A stretch of DNA of 63,244 nucleotides, counting the filler, from Reticulomyxa filosa (taxonomy: Eukaryota > Protista > Foraminifera): NCBI GenBank assembly GCA_000512085.1. It is 20 parts of 20 records of this genome, joined end to end, with 100 filler letters (N's around TTAATTAATTAA, not from the genome) between each part and the next. Parts side by side here need not be neighbours in the genome. Positions count along the whole stretch, not along the records: positions 24,522 to 31,240 come from ASPP01020995.1; positions 31,341 to 34,432 come from ASPP01024239.1; positions 34,533 to 38,260 come from ASPP01001656.1; 17 more parts are not named here. One strand, 5' to 3'. Position 1 is the first letter of the stretch; the number at the start of each line of letters is the position of its first letter. The position numbers and the translations under genes are program-made. Shown piece after piece: positions 24,694 to 38,360 of this stretch. Under the pieces are notes generated by a model. It was not told the DNA's origin. It saw only the letters and a program-made list of their open reading frames with translations, and searched no databases.

Positions 24694-25650
24694 TTATCTC
24701 CTATAGCGATAGCGTTGGAAGTTGAAATACAAACTAAAAATGCCTTTTTCAAATCGACAACGATATCCTCGTTGGTGGTCTGCTTCCCATTCGTTGTTTA
24801 CAATCTTGAAGGCGATATCTTCATAGGGCGGACCTGCATGGAAAATAATCGTCGCATACTCTGACCCCGGGACTTCGTACACTTTAAATGTCGGAGGTTT
24901 GCTGGAGTCAATTAAATCCGGATAAAATATATTAAACTTGTAACCTTGCACAATTTTGGGTGGGGGATTGTCAGGGTCGTAATGCGTTTGGTTATATTTA
25001 TTCCATGAATATCTGTTGCCATCAATGGTGCAAGGATATACACATATATAAAGAAATATTTTTTTTAAAAAAGAAATAAAAATCTTAACCCAGTTTTGAC
25101 TCGATTGAAATATCTTGGCTTACGAGGACGATATTTATCGTGCCACCAATAAGTGGTCTTTAGCTCTTCGGGCAACGCAACTTCGCTATTATTATAAGCG
25201 TTTTCGCCGTTTTCCATGCCGCGACTGCGCTCGGTTTCGTACATGGCGTCCGGATCCGGAGGATGTGCAGACGCGTCAGCATCGTTTTGTGGCGCTTTCC
25301 ATTCCGGCGCCTCGTCCACGTGCAAGAAGGGTTCGTCAGGTGTATCGACGACAGGAGCCGGTTCGGACTTGGGCGCCGGGGGCAGTTTTTGCTTGTTCTG
25401 ATGTCTGGCCATTTCCAGTTGTTTCTGTGACTTCTCCATTGTGGCCTTCAAGACCTGGCTGCGCAAGTCTTCGATGAGGTCCCAGTCCTCCTCGGCGTCC
25501 ACGGCCTGTTTGTATAGCTCTTTGTACGAGCGATCTTCGGGGAAGATCATCGGAATATCTTTTTCCAATATGAAATCTTTTTCGAGTAATAAAATTTCGG
25601 AAATTAGAAATACAGAATTGGACGAGGAGTTATTATTATTATTATTGTTA

Positions 25651-25693
<43 letters not shown>

Positions 25694-27168
25694 TGTTATT
25701 ACTATTGTTATTATTATTAACGTTGTTGTTATTGTTATTATTAGTATCACTTGGATCGACAGAAATAGGATCATTGACACTAACTTTGGTATCGTGTTGT
25801 GAAGAGAAAGAGTTTTGGCTCTTCTGCGGCATTCGTATTCTTTAAACTTGTCGCGCAGATATTGCTTGGCTAGACACACTTTCGCCATTTGCAACACATG
25901 TCCCCAGTACTCGACGTCCAGCGCAATATCTTGCAATTCGTTATCCGCTTTGTTCGCTTCTCCGCTTACAATCTTTTCGCATTTCTCGATTATTTCTGAA
26001 ATTCACTTTTTATTTTATTTTTATTTTTTAAAATACAACCCCTTTTTTTTATTTTTTTTTAAAAAAAGAAACTGTTTTGATTTGGATTCCAATTCATGTT
26101 TGATCATTTGATTGGTGAGCATGTTTGGGGCATTGGCATGTGCATGTGCATGTGCATGTGCATGTGTATTTCTGGCGGCATGTTTGGGCCAGTGATCCAT
26201 GCCTTCGTCCTTAAGCTTTTGGTCGAGCACATGTTTCGCATAGGTTTGCGCCATTTTCCAGTGCGAGACATTTTTGTTAAGAGTTAAGAACATGTCAATC
26301 TCTTCGAGTAGCTTATGCAGTTTATAGGGTTCCAAATGGTCGATAGTATGAACAGGGTCTTGTAACTCCCTATCTTTCATTGCAATCACACCTCCAATGT
26401 TCCAATTGCCATTGTTTTGCGCTGTTGTCGACATTGACGACGCTGGTGTCGTTGTTGTTGCCATGGCAATAGCCGAATCTTCTGAAGTCTCATCCATTTG
26501 CTCAAAGTCAAACATATGGATGTTACGCACTAACACGTCGACGGGCTCTTCGCGCTGCTCTTTGATGCGAATTTGCGAACGTCGGATAGCATTCATTTGA
26601 TGAAACTCTTCCTCTTTTTGTTGCCAATCGGCATTTTGTTCCAACTCCATTTCCTTTGCGAGCTGAGCTTTGAGAAGCTCTTCCATTTCTTTTCCTTTTC
26701 GCGTAACCCCCTTCGCTCCTTTGTCTTCATGATCTCTGTGTGCAACTCCTCTTGCTTCTCCAATAGCAGCTTCTTTTGCTTGTTTCGAATGTCCGATTCC
26801 GATAAACCCATCTCTTCGTACTTTTTTCGCCAAATAAACAACTGCGTCAAGTTGCTGTCGTTAAACGGGTTGCTGTCGTTCGAATATCCAAAGTACTTCT
26901 CGTTTTCCATTTTTTGCTGCTTCTCTTGCTTCTTACGCTTCTTCTTCAAACGTCGTGCTCTTCTCTCCTCTGCTGTCTCCGCTTCCTTCTTTCGCTTCTT
27001 ACTTTCTTCTTCTTCTTCTTTTTTGTTCATCTTATCCCTCTTCTTCTTCTTCTTCTCCTCCTCTTTGTCACGGCTTCGCGAACGAGATCTTTCTTCGTTT
27101 GACGACTCACTGGATGAAGAAGACGAAGATAACGAATCTGCTGAATCTATCGAATCTGAACCACTCAT
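24694..27168 (-). CDS. CACTIN: Cactin (spliceosome-associated protein), multi-exon
   Basis: GYSNDSNPFNDSNL..FIWRKK; WQQKEEEFH...RSQIRIKE; WHDKYRPRKPRYFNRVKTG|YSWNKYNQTHYDPDNPPPKIVQGYKFNIFYPDLID...FHAGPPYEDIAFKIV...RYRYRR*. One -1 frame break near 26690. Confidence 0.95.
25630..25742. repeat. (AAT/AAC)n microsatellite encoding poly-Asn within cactin
   Basis: Imperfect trinucleotide run, in frame on the minus strand. Confidence 0.9.
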
Positions 27169-27659
27169 TTCACTAATGTTCTTCGGATGCTAATTATTTC
27201 CTTTCGTTAACAATCAATATATATAAAATATATAATTTTCAACTATTTTTATTAAATTTCCTACATTTTTTTAAAAAAATCAGCCTTGGTTCGGTTAGAA
27301 CAATGAATGCCGATGAAATATAATTTTTTAATGATATCCTACAATTATTAATCAATGATTCATAACTTTTGTGTTTAATAAAAATAATCAACAGGGATAT
27401 GATACAAATTTTGTACAAAATCCCTAACAATGGAGGATTGTTTATGAAGAGGAAAATTTTTATATCTTTTCATTTATTGTCGATGTTAATCTAAGTGTGT
27501 TTTAACCTGAAAAAAATGGCTAAGTCTTTTTTAAACCCTGAAATATGGAGGATTTTTGTAAGTAAAGACACACAGTAAAAAGTTCTTCCTTCAGACTCTC
27601 TTGAAAAAATAATGAAAAAAGATATAAAGTTTTTCTGGCAACAAAAATCACGTCTTATG

Positions 27660-28010
27660 TTTTACACAATGCCATTCATCATTTTACTCTTATTAATTGC
27701 GATAATTACAACTAATGCATTTTTATTATCTTGTTTTTTCATTTATTATTGATTGTTGTAAAGATCTCCAACGTATTTTAAATGAAGGTTCTCCCATCAT
27801 AAATGCTTGTTTAACTGCCTCATCAGAATCAATAATATTGTCTCTCATATCAACTATTTCAAACGTCAAATTCTCTTGTTTCATTTTTTGAAAATGTTGT
27901 AAATTTAAACAACGGTAAATCTGTTGAATCAATTCTTCTAATGTTAAATTTTTCATCTTTATTAATTTCTTCGTTTCATCCACCATTACACATGCTTGCT
28001 GATTGTAATG
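27660..28010 (-). pseudogene. Truncated lineage-family gene; N-terminal domain plus start of a possible caspase-like domain
   Basis: ORF 27726-27986 is followed, after a frameshift, by KNALVVIIAI (resembles the first strand of peptidase C14-like domains) and then stops. Confidence 0.4.
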
Positions 28011-28171
28011 CTATTATTGTTCAAAAATAAATAAATTTACAACAAACTAAATAAAATAAAATAAAAATATGAAACCTCATTTTCTTTTTTTTCTTCTTTG
28101 TGATCTTGATTATTCTATTTCACATTTATACAATTTTATTATTATTATGATCCATTGTTTACAAAAGATAA

Positions 28172-30390
28172 TCAAACTTCATTCATCTTTTCCAATACCA
28201 ATTTCACATCTTGTGTTTTTTGATGTTGCTCACCAAATACTTGATTAAAAATCTTGACCGCATTTTCATAAAATTCCTTTGCCTTATTTTTCTCTCCTTT
28301 TGCAACATGAATATCTCCTAAAAGAATATAAGATTCACCAACGTGTGGATGATTATAATCTAATTTTTTTAATCTTAATTTCAATGCTCTTTCTCCAAAT
28401 TCAATTGACTTATTCAATTCATTCTTATTTTTAAATACACTTGCCAAATAATGAAAAGACCAACCGACACAAGGATGATCATCATTAAGTTTTTTAAATT
28501 TTATTTCCAATGACTTTTCAAAATATTCGATTGCTCTTTCATTTGTTCCATTCTTTTTCAATATCAATCCAAACATATCATAGGAATTTGCGAGTTGTAA
28601 ATTAAAATTATCATCTTTATCATCCATCAAAATTTCCAAAGCTTTAGCAATATATTCTTTAGCTTTGTTTACTTGCTTTTTTCCTTTTATCCATACCAAT
28701 CCTAACTCATTGTATGATATTGCAACAAATGCGTGTCTTTCACCAAATTTCTTCAATAAAATATTCAATGCCTTTTCATAATATCCAATCGATGTTTCAT
28801 ATTCTCCTATTTCAAAATATACTGCTCCCAAATGACTGAATGCTGTTGAAACTTCTGTATGATTTTCACCTAATTTATCTAAATAAACTTTTATGGCTTT
28901 TTTGTGATATTCAATTGATTTGGAATATTCTCCTTTTTCATGATAAAATGCCCCCAAGCTGACGTGACAATTAGCAACAAAAATTTGATGCTGATCAGTC
29001 TTTTCAGAATAAATATTCAATGCTTTTGTGTAATATTCATATGCTTTATCATATTCTGCTTTCCTAAAATAAACTCTTCCCAAATTGATGTAAGAAACAG
29101 CAATCAATTTGTTATTATCACCTAATTTTTCTAAACAAATTTTTAATGCTTTTTGATGATATGCAAGTGATTTATCGTATTCTCCTTTATGTTGATAATA
29201 AAGTCCTAAATCATTGTATGAGTCACCAACATCAACATGATCTGGTCCCAAGTTATCTAAAGCTATTTTTAACGCTTTTTCAGCATATTCAATTGCTTTA
29301 TTAAATTGTCCTTTTCTATCATATGGATTTCCCAAGTTACTATATAAAGAAGCAAAATCAATATGATCAGGTTTCAAGTGCTCTGATAGTACTTTCAATG
29401 ATCTTTCATAATATTCAATTGCTTTGTCATAATCTCCTTTTCCCTGATATGCATTTCCTAACCAGACCAAAGCTCGTGAGACATAAATATTAGAATCACC
29501 AAACGTTTGCAACATAAAACAAAGTGAAAAACGAAATAACCAAATTGCCTTATCAAAATTTAACGTATCACATGCACCAGTTCCTGCATATAAAAGATTA
29601 CTCATATCAATAGGTAATGGTACAGTAAAAACAGGTTTTTTAAAAGTATAACGAATAACAGATTGTTTGGTATGAATAAGATATTGAGTAATATGACAAT
29701 CATCAGTTCCATCAATGATACAATCAACAGCATATACACATCCGTTAATTGTAATATTATCAAATATAATGTTCTTTGAATGAAATGAATAAATAGTATA
29801 TGGTGGAATTACTTTTTTCTTTTTCATATATTGATTTGAATTAATCATCATTGTAAAAGGAACGTCTTGAAAAAACAATTTATTATTTGGTTTTGCAAAT
29901 TGATCAAGATTGGTTGAAACAATAACAATCCCTTTCTGTTTTTTTGCAGTCATTTGATCAACTATTGTCATAGCTGTCTTATTTGCTTCATTCCACGGTT
30001 TATCTTGTTCCAATTCAATATTTTTAACATCTTGTTCTTTATCACCAAAAGATTTCATTTCTTCATCATTGTTTTCTGATTATTTGTATTTCCAATTCAA
30101 TTTTTTCTTTTTAAAAAGAAAATATCTTTTTTGAAAAAAAATACAAAACTGTCAATGAAATGAATGAAAAGGCGAACAGGATTGGTGATATCAAATGCAA
30201 TTTGAAGTTTTTGATCATTGTCAATATTTTGGCCATTTATGTTAGTAATTTTAAAAAGGGGCAAATTTTTTGGTTCTGTTCTGTTCCCGACGAGTTCTTT
30301 CACCTTGTCTTCCAGATTTTTCAGTGACAAGGACGCGAATCCGACCTCATAAATTTTGTTTTCAATGCAAATAGATGCTTGAAAAGACAT
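28172..30390 (-). CDS. TPR-repeat protein (about ten ~42-aa kinesin-light-chain-type TPRs), 2 exons
   Basis: Repeats such as YNDLGLYYQHKGEYDKSLAYHQKALKICLEKLGDNN. Exon 1 starts MSFQASI at 30390. Intron about 30076-30149. Confidence 0.92.
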
Positions 30391-30689
30391 GTGCCCAAAT
30401 CCAAATGGCGATACCAAAAAACTACAAAACTTCTTCTTACGCTTTTTTTTTCTAGTCCCTTTTGCTCATGCCATTGGAACTTGATTGCTGCCTAAAACAC
30501 TTTTCCCAAAATGGTAACTAAATTGAAAAGGGAAGAAAAAATAAGCTTTATCAATTGGAAAGGTGAGAAAATTTGTTTTCAAAATTAAATTTTCTTCCTT
30601 TTTCATTATTAATTTTGATATGTATTGTTACAAGGCAATCAATTACGATTATGTCAGTTATTATGATTAAAAATTTTTTTCCAAAACAT

Positions 30690-31240
30690 AAAAAACTGGG
30701 GATGTTTATGGCTTAAAATAGTGATAATTTCTTGCAAAAAAAAAAGTGATAGAGGAGATTTTAAACAAGCATTACGCTATGATCAAAGTCTATAATACTC
30801 AACCAGATTTGACTACTTGTACTCCTCTATTATCGCAAATATATGTGATATGTAAAGTGCTGAGTTGATTTGGGACAAAATGAGAAATGACTTAATATTG
30901 ATATCATAAATTTTTGGATATTTTCCAAAATGAATTATATCCTGAGGTCAAATTTAATCCTACTTCTATTTCATTAAATGATACCGAGAAGTTAATATGT
31001 TTTATTAATAAAAAATCATGGATCAAAGGAGTAAAAAATGCTGAAAGAATATTATTCTAAGAGTCCAATTACATTCATTAAATTTTTGATGCAAGAAGTT
31101 TTTCTGTTCAGAAAACTTGTGTTACATTTGAATTCGGTTAAGAGTGTAGATCTCCAAATAAGTTGAAGGACATTATCATATCAACTTCGACTTGGTTCAT
31201 TGAAATAATCATAACCATTTATGAACCATGCAAAAAAAAA
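30690..31240 (+). pseudogene. Decayed PPR-protein paralog
   Basis: DRGDFKQALRY followed, after a frameshift, by YNTQPDLTTCTPLLS. This continues the KRGDFKQ motif at which the PPR ORF on contig 19 is cut off. Many stops. Confidence 0.55.
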
Positions 31241-31508
31241 NNNNNNNNNNNNNNNNNNNNNNNNNNNNNNNNNNNNNNNNNNNNTTAATTAATTAANNNN
31301 NNNNNNNNNNNNNNNNNNNNNNNNNNNNNNNNNNNNNNNNCTCTCTCTCTCTCTCCCTTCCCTTTTTTTTTTTTTTAAAGTTTGTTTTGTTTCTTTCGAC
31401 TGGGGATAATAACTTGGATAGACGGAAAGTCAAGACGAAAAAAAAGACGAAAATGAAGACAATGCGTCGTCCAGCGCGATCCCGACGATAAAAAATGAGC
31501 TGCCTCAG

Positions 31509-31957
31509 ATGCCAACGGGGAGGACAGGTTCCGGCACGCTGAACTCAATGATGAACTTGTCGACAACGAGCAGACCATTTTCGACGGGAGGACTGCCTCC
31601 ACAAATCCCCTTTTTTGTGGGCGATAACAACGCCAGTGGGGTTGGCCTGACAATCCCTCCCAACATTTTGAGTTATGTGCCCTCGCCAACACATCACATT
31701 CATCCGTCGCCTCACACCTCGCTTGCTTCCATGAACATGGATGTCGGGAGCATCACCGGCGGCCCACTCCGCAAGAAAGACGATTGGATAATGGAATGGT
31801 TGTTGGTGGATGTGACGACAGCTGTTTTTTCACTGATAGCGATAATGTTAGAAAAAGTATTGCAAATATTCATAGCCATTGTGATAATCTTAATAATACT
31901 ATCAGCCTCACGTATAGCAACAGCGGCAGTCATTGCAATAACAATAATACTAATAAC

Positions 31958-31991
<34 letters not shown>

Positions 31992-33215
31992 TGCTTCACA
32001 ATACCAATAACAATAACAATATCAATACCAATACTTCTACTGCGACTATTAATATGAGTAATGGTCATCATCATCATCATCATCATCATCATGACAGTGT
32101 CAATAATAATAATAATAATAATAATAATACGAATAATAGCGTCATTGTCAGCGAACTGTCAGCACCGCCATTGCTAAATATTATCCCTGTGGATTTCAAT
32201 AGAGACTTTATCTCGCAGCCCTCATTTGGACAACCGTCACTGCTACCCCCTTCTTTGGTTTAGTTTGGAAACTTCTCTATGTGTTGTTATTGCATGTATG
32301 TTTTGTGTATGTGTATGTGTATGTATCTTTTGTTTTCGTGTTGTTTACACATTTTTTACTGTTTGTTTGCTTGGCTCCTCTTCAAAAAAAAAAAAAAGTA
32401 TTTGGGCCCTCCACAGTCAGTTCCTTCTCTTGTCATCAACAGCATCGGGGGAGGACATTTGCCGTTTAATTCCAACTCCGGCCCTTCGAGCAGCTTGCTT
32501 GCCAACTCTTCTTTCAAATCGTTGACTCAACCTTCTATCAACGTTCTTCAAGAAGGGAGAAAAATTGAAGACGATGAGATATTCGACGATGATGATGATG
32601 ATGACAACGATGATGAAGGCGGGGGCAGACCAGGAGAAAATGGATTGGAACAGGGTTTAACACAAGGGATATTAAACAAAAAAAAAGATCAAAACGTAAA
32701 CAATTCAAACCATTCCAAGATTTTTAGCAAAATTAAAATTGTCTATGAAACACCTCGGCAATTATGTGCGATATTAAAAGTGATTCAATTTCGAGCAAAT
32801 GATCTTCAAGATGGAGGAAAACATAGTATTGTGTTTGATCGCAATGAATATGTGATGCACGGCAAAAAAATCATCTTTATCAAAAACAATAACAATAATG
32901 AAAGTTGTGTTCATATGAGTGGAAGCAGTGGCAATGGTTTCACTGGAAACATGCACTCAACTGACAAGCATAAAGAACACCTTAAAACTGATAACAACAA
33001 TGATATGAACGGAAGTCAACACATCGAAAGATTGTATAGTTACCATTATTTGTGTAAAAATATAGTGACAATGCAATTAGATGCAGGGCTAAGATCATTG
33101 TTAGAACAAGCCAAGAATACGAAACAAACATGTTGTCGTCTGACTCCCTCCTAAACAAAGGCATTTTGAGAGTCATTCTAAAAGAAATCCACAATCACAA
33201 ATCGACACTTCCATG
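31509..33215 (+). CDS. Low-complexity (poly-Asn/His/Asp) protein of unknown function, multi-exon
   Basis: Linked ORFs 31509-, 31784- and 32279- with a GT-rich intron near 32260-32400. Restoring one A near 31775 gives the NLS-like PLRKKRRL. Confidence 0.55.
31940..32140. repeat. (AAT)n and (CAT)n microsatellites (poly-Asn / poly-His)
   Basis: Direct observation. Confidence 0.9.
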
Positions 33216-33712
33216 AAAAAAAAAAAAAAAAAATTATACAAAATATGAAAGGAAAGTGGCAAACTTTATTTACCACGAAAAAAAATCGAAAGAAGGGATA
33301 TCTCTACTTTTATTTTTTTAACTTTGTAAAATGCACAACTTTCACTCATTTATTGAGAAATTGTTTGAAAACATAGTCAATCCACTAATGAATAAATGAT
33401 GTGATGAAAATTTTTATCAAAACAATACCCCAGCCCAATAGGAATTTTTAAAAATTCGTGCAATTTTTTTTTTTGTTTCTTAATCGTATATTTTTGAAGA
33501 TTAGAAACTAAGGTATTTTTAAATGCTTCTTGTTCTCATTGAGAGTTTATTTTTTTCTCAAAGTAATCAGATCTGGTTGTCAGTACAATGTGCCCACTCA
33601 AAAATTATTGATCTGTTGTTATAGGATACATACTGCCTGCACGGTAAAGTTTAGTTCAAATGTATTATGCGTGAAAAACAATATCATGAAGGATGAAAAA
33701 AAGGCATTCAAT

Positions 33713-34378
33713 TTACACAGTTGCTTTCATTGTGATTTGCCCACAACCAAAGCAATACATAATTTGAGACCATTTATCAGTAAGAAAAGTGGTTTGAACA
33801 GTACAAACAGAACAAAGAGATTCTTGCATTTCCAATTCAGCAAAAGTCAACTCTTTATTTTTTTCTCCTTTGTTCAGAACACTCAGATCACATTTGGGTC
33901 CATTTTCGATATCACTTTGCCTGCAATCGATCCAGTCATTCAAATTTTGCACGATTGTTGTACTAGCCGAATCAGAGAAGGGTGTGAGCAACACCTGTAA
34001 TTGTGGTAATGAAGGAACATAAAAAAAGGCATTAAGCTGAGAAGTTGTGATGTTGAAGATGTTATCAAAAGTATTAATGCCACCATCTCCTACTTTGGCA
34101 TATTTACCACACATACGATCTAATGCTTCTTCCATTTCACGTAGTGATTTACTGAAGGAAGTGAAAAACAGTCCGTATTCTTTCACACTCTGATTTTCAC
34201 GCAAATAAGAAAGCAAATCCAAAGGTGGCAAAGAGGCCACATCCACTTGAGACTCTTTGCTTTTTTCTTCTTTCCCTTCATTGTCTTTATTATTCTCTTT
34301 TCCAGTCGTTTGATAAATAATATAAGGGTAAGATTGGCGATACATATCCCCCCAACCTGTTTTCAAATAATAAGTCAT
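33713..34378 (-). CDS. DyP-type peroxidase-like C-terminal half plus C4 zinc-ribbon tail (5' partial)
   Basis: MYRQSYPY...YGLFFTSFSKS...EEALDRMCG...DNIFNIT....AFFYVPSL parallels the DyP RRxYPY...GLFF...RM.G...D.L......FF.PS pattern. Ends CSVC-x17-CFGC. Confidence 0.62.
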   Translation of the reverse strand: MTYYLKTGWGDMYRQSYPYIIYQTTGKENNKDNEGKEEKSKESQVDVASLPPLDLLSYLRENQSVKEYGLFFTSFSKSLREMEEALDRMCGKYAKVGDGGINTFDNIFNITTSQLNAFFYVPSLPQLQVLLTPFSDSASTTIVQNLNDWIDCRQSDIENGPKCDLSVLNKGEKNKELTFAELEMQESLCSVCTVQTTFLTDKWSQIMYCFGCGQITMKATV

Positions 34379-35121
34379 ACTTTTGATAGCTCTTTCGTCA
34401 CATTAATTAATGTACCTCTCTCTCTCTCTCTCNNNNNNNNNNNNNNNNNNNNNNNNNNNNNNNNNNNNNNNNNNNNTTAATTAATTAANNNNNNNNNNNN
34501 NNNNNNNNNNNNNNNNNNNNNNNNNNNNNNNNAAAAGTAAAATTAAATTTTTTGCATGATACTTTTTTGAGAATATTGAAAGATAACCCAAAATAAGGTA
34601 TTATCAATGACATTATTGTTATTGAAATTGCATTTGACATAAGATGATCAAATGCCAACAAGTAGCTTTTTTCTTTTCTCAAGAATCATTTCAATTTCAT
34701 ATTTTAGATATTGAGATAAACTTTATTTATCCTCTTTGGAAAGATAAAAGGGCTCTTTAAGCAAGCTTCAATTGTTGTTTTCTTTTTCATTTCGCAAGAC
34801 AGCAAATGAAAACTTGCTTGTTTGATGAAATTTTGTTATGTTGGGCTACCCTGAGCGTACCTTTTTTTTTGGGACTACATTCAAATCTCGTGGCAAAACG
34901 TTTAGTGAAAATACTATTATTTTTTTCAATGGGCTATTGACTCTCAATGCGAAGCGACTTAAAAAAATAAATGAATAGAAGTCAATTGATCTGGTCGACT
35001 CCGATGATAATTGGGCATGTGCAGATTTGAAGAGCTGTCAATGCCACTTTGGTGTTTCAGCTTTCATTGGGAGGTTGCAAGCGAAGAACATGATGTCTTT
35101 TGGAGAATTTAGCACCCGAAC

Positions 35122-36560
35122 TCAAGATAGGATCGATGTCATGTGTGATAATAAAAATATATTGCCGTCAGTGTGTCCATGATTATTTGCACACTCAATG
35201 ATGTTGACACTGTCCATGAGCACATCAAATTCATCATACACATAAAACGGAGACGGGCTAAAGTTTTGCAGCGACATTACCAACGCAAATTCAGTAAATG
35301 ATCGTTCTTTACCTCTAAACGTTTTTGTATTTACCATAATTTGTCAGTTTTAAGTTGAGTCATCAATCCCCTTTCATCTTCAAATCTAATCTCAATTGCT
35401 TTTTCTCAAAGTTGATTTAATTTTCCCTTTTTGTGTTTGTAATATGTGATTGTGTGAGCGAATACTGAATTGTTATTGTTGTGTTGTTAACCTTTATGTC
35501 CTTGTCTCTGCATAATACGCCAAATTGATGATTGATATCTTTCTGAACATAGTTTTTCATATTCAGAAAGTGTTTTTTGCGTTCGTCCAGAATCTCTTTG
35601 AACAAGGTAATATTGGCCATGTACTTTTTCTTGCCGCAAATACTCAACATATTGTAGTCGGACTTTGCATATTCCTCATTGATTTCCTTTTCGTTCCCTA
35701 GCGCCACTGCTTCAATTTTTTTGTTATCTTCCAATACGATGATTTTATCCGTTATCGCTGCCGTTTCTTGTATACGTATCATCTCTTCTCCTAGGGCAAG
35801 CAATGAATAAGATATACATTATATATTATATTTTAGTAATTCTTTAAAAACAAAAATAAAACACAAATGCATTTCTGCCTGACTTCTTCGAGTTTGGCTT
35901 GGAATGCTTATTTGAACTGTTCACACTGCAACTTCTTGAATTGCAGTTTGCTTTGCTTTTCACGGCCACTTTGAGACGATGCTCGAGTTCTTGGATTTGC
36001 AATGTGATTGTCTCGAATTTTCTTTTATTTTTGGCAAGACTTTTTGGCGTTCGCTGCAAAAGGAGAGAATCTTTCTGCTCAAATGATTCTAAGTCTCTTC
36101 GATTTGCTTCATGCCTTTGACAACTTTCTTTTGTTCGCTCTTGCATGTCTCGATGGATTGCTCCACGTTTGCAATTGCAGCGTCGTTGCGCTTCTTCTCC
36201 TTCTCAATTTCTTCAATTTTTGTACCTGCGTCTGTCCATTGACCAAAATCGCAGACATGTAAAAAACGGATTTCGACACTATCGAGTGTCTCTTTTTCTC
36301 TAGACAGTGTAGTTGCTAGTCGTTGCCCTTATCTTCACCTCTATTACGATTGTAACACTGTCCGTTGCATTCCTCGATTGGGGGATTGTGAACGCCTGTT
36401 GCATCTTCTGACTATCTTCTTGAGATAGATTAGTAAGCAACAAATACGCTTCACTCAGAGTACCTTACACAGAGCTAAATCCAGACTGCATCATGTCCAC
36501 TATGATATTGAACATCTAATGATTGCTTGCTTTGAACAGATCGCTCACACGAATTGCAGG
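35122..36560 (-). pseudogene. SMC6/SMC5-like fragment, degenerate
   Basis: GKERSFTEFALVMSL...SPFYVYDEFDVLMDSVN is an SMC5/6-type Walker B/D-loop, preceded by coiled-coil fragments. The signature LSGGE reads FRGKE. Frameshifts and stops. Confidence 0.7.
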
Positions 36561-36899
36561 CGAATATAACGGCGATATGAGCAAGTATTGTGGTCTATTG
36601 CATTACATATACACGTATACATACATATATATGCAAATATATTTGTTGGTCTGAAAATACAAAAAAAAAAACAACATCGCGCACATAAACTAGAGACAAT
36701 TGAATGTTATGCGATGCCTTGTGAGGATCAAGTTGTACATAGGCTTCAACACTTGCAACAATATCTCCTTGTAGTTAGTTGCGGACAATGGCTTGGATAC
36801 GTACTGTTTCTTGAGTCGAGCGGCACAAAGCGAAACATTTGTGCCTCTCACAAACTTAGTGCACTTCCGCAACATTCTTAACAATGTCAACAAAAAATC

Positions 36900-37825
36900 A
36901 ACACACAAAAGAAATACAAATAATATGGAAAAAGGGATATTGAAAACAGCAAACAAATTGAATCATTCCATGGACATTCGTCTACTGTGTTTTGTGTAAA
37001 ATTTTCACCATATCATTATTATAATAATTGTCTTAATGTTATTTGTTCATCAGCATATGACAAAACTATTCGTTTTTGGGATTTCAAACATGATCGACAA
37101 TTGAAATTATTTAATAATCACACTCAATGGACTTCTGGTATTGAATTTTCATCTTTTAGTAGTGGTAGATATTTATGTGCTGGATCTGGTGATAGTACTG
37201 TTCGTTTATGGGATGTTGAAACATCAAAATCATTACATGTTTTCGATGGACATATAAGTACTGTTTGGTGTGTGGATATTTCACCATTGCAAAGTAGCAA
37301 CAATCACAATAAAAGTAATAATATTGGTGTGATTGGTGGTAATGGATATACCATTTGCTCTGGATCATATGATTATACTATTCGAATATGGGATATTGAA
37401 ACAACAAAACAATTAATTTTATTCAATGGACATAAAGATTATGTGATGAGTGTAAAATATGGATCAAATGAATTAATAGATACAGTATTATCTGGATCAT
37501 CAGATAAAACTGTTCGTTTGTGGGATATTCGATCCGGTAAACAGTTCAAGTATTCAATGGACATATGGACATTGTATGGGCTGTTGAATATTCACCGCTA
37601 GTAGTAAATAATATTAATATTGGTGGTAGTTCAAATGTAATATGTTTTGGATCATATGATAAAACAATTCGATTTTGGGATATTCGATCAAACAGGAAGG
37701 AATTGCATGTGGTCAATAGAGATGACAAAGATGGTGGAATAAAATGTCTTAAATTTCTAAAATTAAGAAAGAATATATATCTTTGTCATGGTTCAAACAA
37801 TGGTTATATTCATATTTGGGGATAG
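36900..37825 (+). pseudogene. WD40-repeat gene with frameshifts
   Basis: About five GH...WD repeats (e.g. FDGHISTVWCVDISP...ICSGSYDYTIRIWD). Frame changes near 36985 and 37550. Ends GYIHIWG*. Confidence 0.85.
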
Positions 37826-38360
37826 AAACATTTTTCCAACAAAAATTTATTGATTACTTAATTCTCTTTGAGTGAATTAAAATTATTTTCTCTATTTCAG
37901 GTATTACAAACTATAATACACAAAAGAATAGAATAGTGTAATTTGTCACCTTGTTGTTGCAATTAACTTTTTTTTTAGTAATATTTTTGTATTTTCCAAA
38001 AAAAGGAATGAGAAAAGTTGAAATATTGTATCTGATTTTTGTTTTAAACATATGTTTCATCAACGGCAAAGTAACAAAAAGAAAACAAGCGAAAGAACAA
38101 AAACAATACATCTCATAGTAACATTCATTTCTCTCGTTCAAATATCTTGTGGGACGTCAGCTAGAAGAGGTTGTACTAAAGTAATACGAAAATGGTTTTT
38201 GCTCGAGAAACCAATATTCGATAAAACAAAAGTGAATTAAATAAAAGAAAGATGAATAACNNNNNNNNNNNNNNNNNNNNNNNNNNNNNNNNNNNNNNNN
38301 NNNNTTAATTAATTAANNNNNNNNNNNNNNNNNNNNNNNNNNNNNNNNNNNNNNNNNNNN

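Noticed and set aside
25441-25936. Poly-Leu and poly-Ile ORFs resembling membrane proteins (also 31712-32092 and 55475-56017)
   Set aside because: Alternative-frame readings of (AAT)n/(GAT)n microsatellites inside real genes.
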